Source of the DNA: Camelus dromedarius
Taxonomy: Eukaryota
Direction: 5' to 3'
Assembly (NCBI RefSeq): GCF_036321535.1
Contig: NC_087436.1
Span: 70,372,001-70,436,000 of the forward strand
Length of the DNA stretch: 64,000 nucleotides
In this document: piece by piece, positions 50,200 to 60,781 of the stretch
Layout: every line of letters begins with the position of its first letter
Position numbering within the stretch: the stretch's first letter is position 1
Translations under genes and position numbers: made by a program
The notes under the pieces: model-generated
The model's input: the letters and a program-made list of their open reading frames with translations, nothing else
What the model was told of the DNA's origin: nothing
The model's database searches: none

Positions 50200-50803
50200 A
50201 TTGATCTAGTTATTATTGCTGCTTAATGAACTACCCCAACATTTAGTAGCTTATGATCATCATTTATTATGCTCACAGATCCTGTGGGTCAGCACAGCAG
50301 ACAGCAAGAGTGCCTGTCTCTGCTCCACAGTGTCTAGGATTTCAGCTGAGAAGGTTTAAGGGCTGGGGTGATTTGATGATCGGGGGCTAAATCATTTGGA
50401 GGCCCCTTCGCTCATACAGCTGGGGCCTGTGTTGGGAAGACTTGGCGACTAGAACTGCCAGCTGGACTGCCTATAGGTGGCTTCTTCATGTGGTTGCTCC
50501 AAGTGGCTTGGCTTGGAGCCAAGCACGGCAGCCTTAAGACAACTGGACTTAAATGGCAGTTCAAGGCTCTAAGTGTGACTGTTCCAGCAAACAGAGTGAT
50601 AGCTGCATCATCCCTTATGACCCAGCCTTGAAGCCATACAGACTCCCTTCCGCTGTGTTCTGCTGGCGAAAGCAGGCCCACGCCCATCCAGGTTCCCGGA
50701 GAGGAGGGTTAGCCTCTACCTCTTCACAGGGAAGTGGTAGGGTCACACCAGAGGAGAGGAAGTGACGATGGGAGAAGTCACTTTGGGAGATACAATCTGC
50801 CAC
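50200..50803 (-). mobile_element. MLT1 (MLT1F-like) LTR
   Basis: 'attgctgcttaatgaactacccc..catttattatgctcacagatcctgtgggtcag' to 'tttgggagatacaatctgccaca'. Confidence 0.85.
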
Positions 50804-51354
50804 ACTGGCAAAGAAACAGTGAGTGAGTACACAGCTGAGAAAATGTAAGTGTTCCCTGAAATGTTAACGTTTGTGATATTGTTTATTAGAATTGGATGCC
50901 TAAAAGGCACCTCAAACCTCCTCCAGGAAAGAAAGTCATTCCTGTTAAAAAAAAAAAAAAAAGAAAAAGAAAAAATTGGCATTAGCTGGCAACCAGGGTC
51001 AAGAAAACAAAATGCTTGTGTTGGGAAATGGTGAGAAATCTGCATTGTGTGGCGCATCAGGCTGTGTATAGGAATAGCTGGTTGAAACCAGGTCAGGAAA
51101 GGCCACTAACTCTAAGCTAGATAACTTGCACTTCATTCAGTAGTTGATGAAGAGCTTTGAAAGTGGGTTTCTGTTTGTTTTTTAAAGGGAGGGCGAGAGC
51201 TTAATCAAAATGGTGCTTTAGGAAGACAACCTGCATTGTGTGCAGTTTAGGCTGAAAATGAAGGTGGGTGGGTGGAAAAGAGCCCAGACTTCCCACCAAA
51301 AACCAAGGACCATGCAGTCTTCATTTTCTCCATGTACCTCCCCGGGGTAGACTG

Positions 51355-51555
51355 AGAAAGCATGGTAGAGTGGAAGGAGGGGGAGCTTAGGCCTGGGTTC
51401 GGAACCCTGGCTCCGTAACTTTGGTACGTGTATGACCTGAGGTTGGGCGCTTGATGTTTCGGAGCCTCTCTTTCCTCAATTGTAAAATAGGGATAATTTT
51501 TATATTGTACAAGGTTTCCATAAGGATTAGGAAGTTCTTGACAAATGGTAGCAAT
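51355..51555 (+). mobile_element. MIR SINE
   Basis: 'cctgggttcggaaccctggctcc..tgtatgacctga..ttcggagcctctctttcctcaattgtaaaatagggataat'. Confidence 0.8.
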
Positions 51556-53439
51556 TATTAATCGTTGGATGCAGCTCTGAATTTATTTCCTTAAAATCTT
51601 TTAGCATTACACCGGACTCCTCCCATTTCCCTTGACTGGTGGTCTCTGCTAAAGCCAGACTAGGAGAGCAGTTTATTAGGACAGCACCCTATACCTAGTA
51701 GGTAATCTTTTCTTCTATGTTCTCCGAAAAATCACCTTCATCTACTTGATTACTCTCTTCTTTATTCCAAATAGTAACTGCAGCATCAGCAGAAGCTTTT
51801 GAATAGTTGTTTCTCTAAATGGAAATGTCTTTTTCTCTTGCCAGGATAGACAAAGTGTTAAATAAGTACTCAGTACTTATTGTATTTTAATTTAATCAAA
51901 GAAGCAGTAATGGAATTTGAGGGCCACTGGCTGGAGCAGCAAGAGCTGTCTAGCACTCCTTCTTCTACATTGTTCCTCTTTAGGGTTTATTTTTAATATG
52001 TTCCCTGGACTAGGATGTCAGGCTGTTGGTTCCAACACATCACTGAGCCTATGAAGAAATGTGAGCACGTACAAGTGATTTGAGGCTACTTTTCCTGGAT
52101 CAAAGTTCACAAAGTCCTCAAATGGAAAATTGAGAGGAAAGGAATTTACCTTTTAATTATTTGAAAATTATTTCCCTCTTTCAGTTTCTGTCTTACCATT
52201 ATATATGCTATTACAGATAGTTTCTGACAAATGTTTACTAAGTACTAACCTTTAAGTTTAAGCAAGAAAGAATTACTGAAGGAAATTGGCTACCTATTTC
52301 TGTGTAATTCTGGATGAAATGTTAGTTTTTGATAAACAGAGATGAAAGTCTTACAATTTAATTTAGGGATGAAGATTGCTACTACCAGGCCAGGGCTGAA
52401 ATACCAAAACAACAATAACAATACCAGAACACCAAGAAAAAGATTTTCCTCTACCACTTATTTTAACATGAAAAATTAAAAAATTAAGGAGGAATGGACC
52501 AAGCAAATACCACGGTGTGACCCATTCATGGAAAGTCAGTAATGGCCTTCAAACATATATGTTGTGTGTCTATTTTGTGTCCTCTAGGGATGATTGTGGA
52601 TAGAAAGCACATACATGGGATTAATGTTAAAAGAAAACACCACACAAAAAAAATCTCATTTTAAATAGCTATGCTTAAAAAAGTAGACATGTTAAAAAAG
52701 AAAATAAAACCAAAGTATAGTGGCTTCAACTTCCAAAAGTCCTGGTTTTGGATAGCTGATTTCTCAGAAAGTATATGCAGGTGTTGGTGTTAGTGTACTT
52801 GTGCTCTGTCAGGTTCAGTTGAAATTGGAGCGGTAGATGTAATTAAGGTATCGTATTGTGTGGATTTCCCCAATGATTAGCCAACTCTCTGGATCAGATG
52901 TTTAAGTTTACAGAGAAAGACCAACCCCCAACTCCGAACTTACGCTAAGTTTTAAGGAAATCTGAAACAGAGTTGACAGGTAAGAAAATACATGGAGTTC
53001 TGGTATTCACATTGCTTCTTTTGATTATGGGGGTGATAACACTACTCATAATAGGGTTATTATGAAGATGAAATGAATTCATTTATGTTAAGTAATTATA
53101 ACAGTCCCTGGAATGTCGTAATCGCTACGTCGTGTTGGCTATCAGCAGTATTAGTATTAGTACTGCTAGAGGGGCTATCAATATTTTCATTACCCCATGG
53201 TAGACACTGTCAATAGCCTATTCCATATGAACTTTCATAAGCAGAAAGGCAATTCTGGAACTGTACTGACATAAGCGCATAACAGCTATCAACTGGGTTT
53301 AGAAAGACGGTGTCAAATTCAGGCCTCACACCCCTTTTTTCTAGCTGTCTCTCTTCAAACTGTATCTCTTGTGTTTTATGCCAAAAGAGATTGTCTTCAC
53401 TTGAAATTAGCCTCAATGACCACATCTTTTTTTTTTTTT

Positions 53440-53795
53440 CAGATGACCAAAAATATATTTTTTCTTACATACATTTGGTCTTCTTCTGGGATTCCTGGCC
53501 CCCAGCTCCTAAAAACTCTTGGAATTTCCCAAGTGAAGAGAGCTATAAAGGTGTCTTTTGCTATATTAACGAGGCAAATTTTGTCACTCACCTAAGGATG
53601 GGGTCTAGTTGTCTGTGGAGCCAACCACGTGATTACAGACGGTTTGGACTCACAGCTGCACCCCACTGACATCCTGGGAGGGGAATGGGGTTGGAGGTTG
53701 GGTTCAAACACCAATGGCCAATGATTTTAATCAATGGTGTCTTTGTAGTGAAGCCTCCATAAAAACCCAAAGGACAGAGTCCAGGAGCTTCTGCC
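53440..53795 (+). mobile_element. MER21-like LTR, 5' part
   Basis: 'cagctcctaaaaactcttggaatttccc..aaccacgtgatta..caccaatggccaatgattttaatcaat..aagcctccataaaaaccc'. Confidence 0.8.
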
Positions 53796-54394
53796 CACAG
53801 AGACCCCACCTTTAGACCACATCGTTTTGAAAAAATATAATATGATCAATCAACCGGAAGCCACCAGAATATTAGCAGCCTTCTTTGACAGGATATTTCT
53901 CACTGCTATTCCCTCTATTTTTTTTTTTAATAATGAAACTGTATTACTATCATAGCAGAAAAAAAGTAATAGATTTTCATTTTTGAAAACCAAACAGCTA
54001 TAATCAAGGTGCAGCAAGATGCTCAATACAATGCTATTTTAAAATTTTGTACTGTATTTTTATTTGCCCAGGTGCAAGACAAGCAGCAATCTTCTTTTGA
54101 GGATCTTCTCATCCCAAGACACTAATTTGAACAAAGCCCAGGTGGGCCGTGAGCAAACACTGTCAGCATTGAACAGCATCCAAATACTATGAAAGGGCTC
54201 AGACATTCCAGCCCTGTCCCTGGTGTCGCAGGAGCCACTGTTTCATAGTTTGTAGGGAGGTTAATCTCACTGTCTATCAGAAGGTCTCTGTTCATTATAT
54301 ATTATTATGATATACAATATATAATTATATATAGTTTGTCTGGAAAATAGCTGTAGGCAGTGAATGAAATTATTTGCATATTTTAATTCAAATT

Positions 54395-54590
54395 TAAGTT
54401 AAAAAATAAGATATCTATCTACATGGCTCAAAATTCAAAAAAGTACAAAGGCTGCAGTGAAAAATCTTCCTCCTGCTTGTGAGGCCACCTCACAACCACC
54501 TAGTTCCCTTTCCTGGGGGCAAATAGTGCTTTTAGTTGCTTGTATATCCTTCCTGAGATATTTTTGCACATGCAAATAAATACATAGACG
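54395..54590 (-). mobile_element. L1ME-type 3' end fragment
   Basis: 'acatggctcaaaattcaaaaaagtacaaagg..cagtgaaaaatcttcctc..tgtatatccttcctgagata'. Confidence 0.7.
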
Positions 54591-54934
54591 TAGTCTTAGA
54601 GCTATAGTTTAGGAAGAATGATGTCTTAAGGAATTTGTGGAGCCTGGATCTGTCTTAATAGAAATATATTCTGGATGAGTAAGGCTATTTGGAATGTTCC
54701 AAAAAGAGTGGATGCTACTGATCTTTCTACATGGAATTATTGAGTCCCTACTATGTGTAAGGCTCTGTGCCAAATGCTGTTTCTCCTGTCAAGTTGCCTT
54801 TCAAATTTTTCATACATATTCATTTGTCTTTCAGATCTGTGTGCTCAAACATCACCATGTCAGAGAGGCCTTCCCTAACACACTTGAGAATAGCTCCCCC
54901 TCACCCTCTCACTGTGTTTTATTTCTTCTACAGC

Positions 54935-55052
54935 TAGGATAAGTCTATAATTTCTCACCACTTTCTCTTGGGAGTGAAAGGGAGTGCTATTACCATTACA
55001 CAGGGATAACAGGGTGCGCTGGAACTGTAAACTGGGGATGGGGAGCCACCCC
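54935..55052. mobile_element. MER94-like hAT-Blackjack element inside an L2 fragment
   Basis: 'ggagtgaaagggagtgctattaccattacacagggataacagg' matches the recalled MER94 core. Confidence 0.65.
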
Positions 55053-55208
55053 ATTCATACCATTTACTACGGCATAGCGTTTTATATTCCAAGGAAATGG
55101 AAATGATCTCGTCCATTTATTTGTTCACTTGTAAACTTATGGAGCTGGAACTTTGCTTGTCCTAGGATCACCTAGAAGTTCCTTGACACATAGTAAGTAG
55201 ATTTTTAA

Positions 55209-55452
55209 AAAATTCTTTTTTTAAAAAAAAATATCTTTATTGAAGTATAGTTAGTTTACAATGTTGTGTCAATTTCTGGTGTACAGCACAATACTTCAGT
55301 GATATAGGAACATACATATATTGATTTTCATATTCTTTTTCACTATAAGGTACTACAAGATGCTGAATATAGTTCCCTGTGCTATATAGTATAAACTTGT
55401 TGTTTATCTATTTTATATATAGTGGTTAGTATCTGCAAATCTCGAACTCCCA
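55209..55452 (-). mobile_element. L1 3' UTR fragment with degenerate TSD
   Basis: 'tttattgaagtatagttagtttacaatgttgtgtcaatttctgg'; flanks agtaagtagatttttaa (55192) and agtaaataggttcttaa (55453). Confidence 0.92.
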
Positions 55453-56007
55453 AGTAAATAGGTTCTTAATAAATATATGTGGACTAAATGGATGACCCAG
55501 CCATGCTTCATGTTCTTTGTAGAACTGAGCATCCTTTGGGCAGCAAGGGGAAATTGAAAAGCCATAAAGGGCAAATTTGCTTAGAATGTTTCCTCCCTCG
55601 GGACAGAGGGGGAAAAAAAGGGCCAACTTTTAATATTCAGACTTCAACTCTGCAGCATTTCCCATAAAGAGATCAGTCTGGCAGATGTGTACGAGAAGTG
55701 CCAACTGGTTCTTTGCAAGGAGATGGGGGTGTTGTGCTCTCCAGGAGAGGCCTGGTCTGGGGAGTAGACCAATGGGATGAGAACGGTCATGGCCCAGTTT
55801 GATCCAGTGGTTGGTTAATCTGTAGAAAACCTGCCTCCATGCAGTGGAACAGCTGTGTCTATGTGACTCAGTCCACAGGAGAAAAAGAAGAGCAACTTCA
55901 GAGCAAGCAGCCTGCCATCTGGACTCATTCATCCTCCAGGAGGTGGGAGGCCAGCAGGATACAAAGGAACAAGCACCTGTCTGTGCCTGGGAGGTGGCTG
56001 GTGCGGT

Positions 56008-56032
56008 CACACACACACACACACACAAACAC
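56008..56032. repeat. (CA)n microsatellite
   Basis: Direct reading. Confidence 0.9.
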
Positions 56033-57747
56033 AGATTAGCAGAGTCCAAGGGCCCTGGGAGTCGGTTTCAGTAGAGAAGTCTGATGTAATTTTCTACTAT
56101 CTTACCTAAAACCAGACTAATCTTTTTAATCATAGAGGGCATAGGTTTTAGTGGCTTAGTAGCTCAATTTAATTTTCCCTTTTCCTTTCCAAAGAGAGAG
56201 GCCCATGTCCTGGGTTAGGCGTCCATGGGTGAATTCCTGTAGGACGAAGAGGCCGAAACTCTGGCCTAGGGTTATTAAGCACAGCTTTCATAGTAAGTGT
56301 GTCAATACAATTTCCGAAAGATTTGCTTGTTTCTCTATCACAAATATATTGTTCAAATTGTATTAAAGGGAAATATTCTGGCATCCTGTTGGGACTACTG
56401 GACTTGGAGGTAATATCTTAAGCCCCTTGATTTTATTGCTGAGGGAACTGAGGGCCCAGAAAGTTTGCATAACTTGCCTTCCTTGACATGAACAGAGATG
56501 GGTGCCTGTTTTTAGGCGTTAGAACCTCTCCTAATATTTGACTTTAGGTATGTGTTTTAAAATGACAGTTGGATATGGTTGAGAGCTCAGTAGTTGAACC
56601 TGTGAAGCAATTTATGACACAAATTTAACCAAATAAAATTATTTTCCCTAGCTCGTGCCATGCTGACAGCTCGCAAAAACTGTGTTCACCTTTCTTCACT
56701 CCTCATAAAAGGGGCTACAGTTATTTTTAAACCTGAGATTTGAAAAAGGGAATTTAGATTATAAATCTAGGTTGGTGGAACTTATTCAGGAATTTGTTGG
56801 ACTGAATATGTACTTTCTGAAGTGTAAGTGAAATAAAAATGAAGTCTTTAAGCGATCCCTTTCTCTCTCTGTCTTTATCTATATCGTGGCTTTTATTCCA
56901 GATTAGATGAGAAGAAAAAGTGGTTTTCTCTCTCCTTACTCTTATGTCACAAAATGGTTGACTAACCTGATTCCACAGTGGCCTCTGTAATGATCATTCT
57001 GCAGTGATATTGTTTAATAACAAAACAACTACAAGACAAAACAAATAGTGGCACAAAGCAAATCTCTATTCTGTATAGCAAAATGTTTGTCAGACTGCCA
57101 CCAATAAGCCAGGCATTTATAAAGAAGCTGATAGAAACATTTCTGGTCATTCTTTGAAGTTTGTAGTTACAGGATATAACATATCTACACTACCTCCTTT
57201 TGTTTAGGCCCCCAAATGAGATGTATATGAATGTTGCAATTTTGTACAACTCCAGGATAAGCATTCTATGATATCTTTCACCCGTTTTCTTTTCTAATAA
57301 AAGAGAATAATAAAAAGCCCAAATAAAATAGTTATATTTATGGTTTCTGCTGTTTGTTGAATAAAATCCTTTACATATAATATCCAGTGACAAGCCATCA
57401 CTCTCCTTGGTTTATATAATGAGGAAAATTAAATACGGAGGTCTTTAAGTAAAAATATACAGAAGTCTTTACAAAGAGGTGTTACTATACAAAGTCACAC
57501 AAAGGTTGAGAAAACTCTTTGTGGCAATAATCCTATCTGCAAGTCAGATCTGTAGATGATTATCTGTTTGAATAATCATCTCACAGCCTATTAGTTGCAT
57601 TATTTTTCTACATACAGCCTTCCTGTTTTAGAATCAAAGAGTGCCATGCTTCTCCAAGACCAGGAATGCCTGGATTGCCTATTCAAACACTTTCATCTTC
57701 ATTGTTGCTGGAGACACTATGTCGTCAGGAGGTTTCATCACCTGCTG

Positions 57748-57761
57748 CCACTAGATGGTGC
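57748..57761 (+). promoter_or_regulatory. Candidate CTCF site
   Basis: CCACTAGATGGTGC, one mismatch from the core consensus CCASYAGRKGGCRS, in non-repeat DNA ~2 kb upstream of the CpG island. Confidence 0.6.
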
Positions 57762-60559
57762 TTGTTGTTGAAACAAGGGTTCTTCCGCCCTTCTTTGTTT
57801 CCTTTAGGTGCCTATAAGGACCCCGGATGATTATTAAAGAAACTTGATTGATAAGCTCAGTAGTGGATGAGTATTCTAGAAGGTCATTTAGCACAGAGAG
57901 TTATTTATTAAAAATATAAATAAATCATTATCAGTAAAGACTACTTATACTGTTTTCCTAATTCCATTAATTTTTTCTGTTCATTCTTCTTGTCAACCAG
58001 CTGTGAGAACTCCGATATAAAATGAACAAATAAATCTTTCTTTGGGCTCATGAGAATCAAGGGATATAATTCAAGTTTTAGGATAGGTGAAAAAAAAGAT
58101 TTCAGGATTCATTGTCCTCACCCGGAATAGCAATTGCAAAGGTGACCACAAGCAGAGTTAACGAGGAAACTTAATCAATGACCTTTCAAAAGAAAAACAC
58201 ATACATCTCAATTACTGGACAATAATCAATAGGAAAGGAAATGGAACATGCTCTTTTAATTGCGGGACAACAAACAGCAAGTAATGAGAATGATAACAGA
58301 GGTTATTGGCTTTTTGCCAAAGACAAGTCTTTTTCTCATTAATTTACGACACACACAGAACCTTACCTCACAGTGAGGCTCTAACTCCCTCCCTGCCTCC
58401 CACTCCACACTCTAAGTTTATACCCCTTTCAGGGTAAAATTTTGTCAATCTTCATAGTGAAATGCCTCCAGGGGTTACCTATTTGGTTTGTGTGAAGGAC
58501 GGTTTGATATTTTTTGTAGCAGAATATTGGAAAACATAGGTTTCTTGGACTTTTCCTTTTCCAGTCACCAACGCTGACCATTCATGGCTGGTTCACTATT
58601 ATAATGAGAAATTGCCAACTATGTTGAAATACATAATCCACAGTGTGAAAAACTGCTGAACAGCCCTGGCAAATTCTTAATACAAAAGTGGCTTCTCTTT
58701 TCCTGTGAGCTTACTTTGGGGTTGCTGATTCTTGCTAACTGTGTGCTCAGGGACTGAAAGTTAATTTTAACATTAGTCTAAAACCACAATATAACTATAT
58801 AGGCAAAACCTTGAAAGCGAAATTAAAAAAAAAAAAACCTTCTGTTTTGAATTTCCCAAAGTGGGTCGTGTAGAATGTGTGAACATACATATGAGCCAGA
58901 TTTAACGACAGTCAGACACACGACATTAATATATTTTAATTTTAAACATTAGACAGCCTCTGGTAGTTCCTAGTGCCTTTTGAGCACTGACTAAGGGTTT
59001 TAAACACAACAGGTTTTTAAAAAAGATACAAGTATATACTTGCTTCCCAGACACTGGTGAGGTACAATAGATCTATTCCAGTTTTAAATACTGGAAAGAA
59101 AAGCCTTTGTTCTCAAATGATTTTCCTCCAGATTTGTTTTTCCTGGAGGTCTTATTAATTTAGCTTAGTACTGAAGAAAGAATTGGAACCAGGAGCAGGT
59201 AGTCAGCATGTGATATTTATCTCGGGCTTTATATGTTTTGGTGGCTACTGTCGAAAATGCAGTTTGGTCAGTAACTTCCACATGTATATTATTATATGTA
59301 CAATATGTATTAATAGGAAATGCATATTCGCTTGCATCATATACTGTGTGGCTTCCATCCATCAAGTGGCTCCTCTCTAGCAGTACCCAGAACATCAGAT
59401 GGTGTGTGTGCTGACAGTCTGTTCAGATCTTAATGGTCTACTTAATTCATCATAATGGGGCTGGGTCATTGATACATTATTAGTATTTGCTTGACAAAGA
59501 GGACTTAAACCTTATTAGTAGCCTTAGGAACAGAGTAAATACAATAATCTCTTTATCTCAAGAAACTCCCTTGGATGGCTAAAGATGTTTTCCAAACTGC
59601 TCGAGGAAGGCAGAAGCCATCAGTGACATACGCAGAGGACAAGGCTGAGAGTCAGACATCCTTTGCTAAAGTGAACCGTGACTTAGCATCGTGTCACTGA
59701 CTTAGCAGCACTCTGTCTACCTATATTCCTCAAGTTCTATAAAGTAGCGTCAGGAGTGTTCGGGGCTGGGAAATGCGAGCAACTTCAGTTCTGCAAGAGA
59801 GAATAAGCTCTCCCCAGCGGGGAACTCCTGTGAATAGTACAAAAAGCTGGACCTAGCAGCCCGCTCAGGGCGTGAGAGAGGGAACCCAGGAAGGCGAAGG
59901 CGGTCGGTCGGGAGCAGGGTCCTCGGCCAGCTCCAGGCGGGAGCTGCGCGCAGAGCCCGAGCCCCCGGCGGAGGCGGTGCGGCCGAGGCCCCTCCCCGCC
60001 GCCGCGGCTGCCCAGGCGGCTGACGCCGAGCGGCGGCCGGGGGTGGTGGGGGCCGGGCGGGCGGGCGGGCGCGAGCTAGGGCAGGGCAAGGGGCCGGCCG
60101 AGGCCAGTCGCGGCTTTAAATATGGATCGCGGGCTCGCGCTTGTGGCACAGCCTCCGCTACGGCCGCCTTCCCCGATTCTCCGTCCCCGGGCTCGCTCCC
60201 GAGGGGCGTCCGGGCCGGGTACCGCTGCTGCAGTGTTAGTTACTGGCAGAAACATCGGCGATCCCCATAAATATGCAGGCGCTGCAGAAGGCAAAGTAGA
60301 GTAGACGCCCGCGCTCTCACACACTCACTCGCCGCGCACCACGGGGGCCGTGTAGACATCTCCCCCCGCGCCACCCTCTCCCCCTTTCTCGCGGGCCCTT
60401 CAGATTCCAGTCCCGCGGCGCCGAAGACCCTCCCGCCCCAGCGCCCTCGACCCCTCCGCGCCTCCCTCCTGCCCCGGAGCGCGCACCCACCCGGGCCACA
60501 AAGTTGTGACTACTTGGGCGCGGGTGGCTCGCGCCCCGCTCGCTCCGCGCCTCGCGCCG

Positions 60560-60781
60560 ACAACTTCCCGCTGCTCGGCCGCGCCGCGCCCCGGGCCCAC
60601 GCCTCCGGGGATCCCGAGGGCCCCCAGCTTCCAGCCCCGGCGGCGCGCCGGGCAGCGCTTTGGCGGCGGCGGCAGTGGCGGCAGCGAAGGCGGCGGCGGC
60701 GGCAGCGGCAGCGGCAGCGGCTGCTGCAGCCCCACACTCAGCCGCCAAACTGGAGGAGCGACGGAAGCCGGACCCCAGGAG
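60560..60781 (+). other. Probable non-coding first exon (5' UTR) of an unidentified gene; start position approximate
   Basis: Inside the CpG island, no ATG in 60500-60781, ends at donor CAGGAG|GTGAGC (60781/60782) and is followed by G-rich intron-like sequence. Confidence 0.7.
60662..60727 (+). repeat. Interrupted (GGC)/(GCA) trinucleotide repeat in the putative 5' UTR
   Basis: ggcggcggcggcagtggcggcagcgaaggcggcggcggcggcagcggcagcggcagcggctgctgc. Confidence 0.9.

Noticed and set aside
60560..60781. Assigning a gene symbol (vague recollection of an LRRC8D-like 5' UTR)
   Set aside because: No coding exon lies in the window and the recollection cannot be verified; BLASTN of 60660-60781 against RefSeq RNA would decide.
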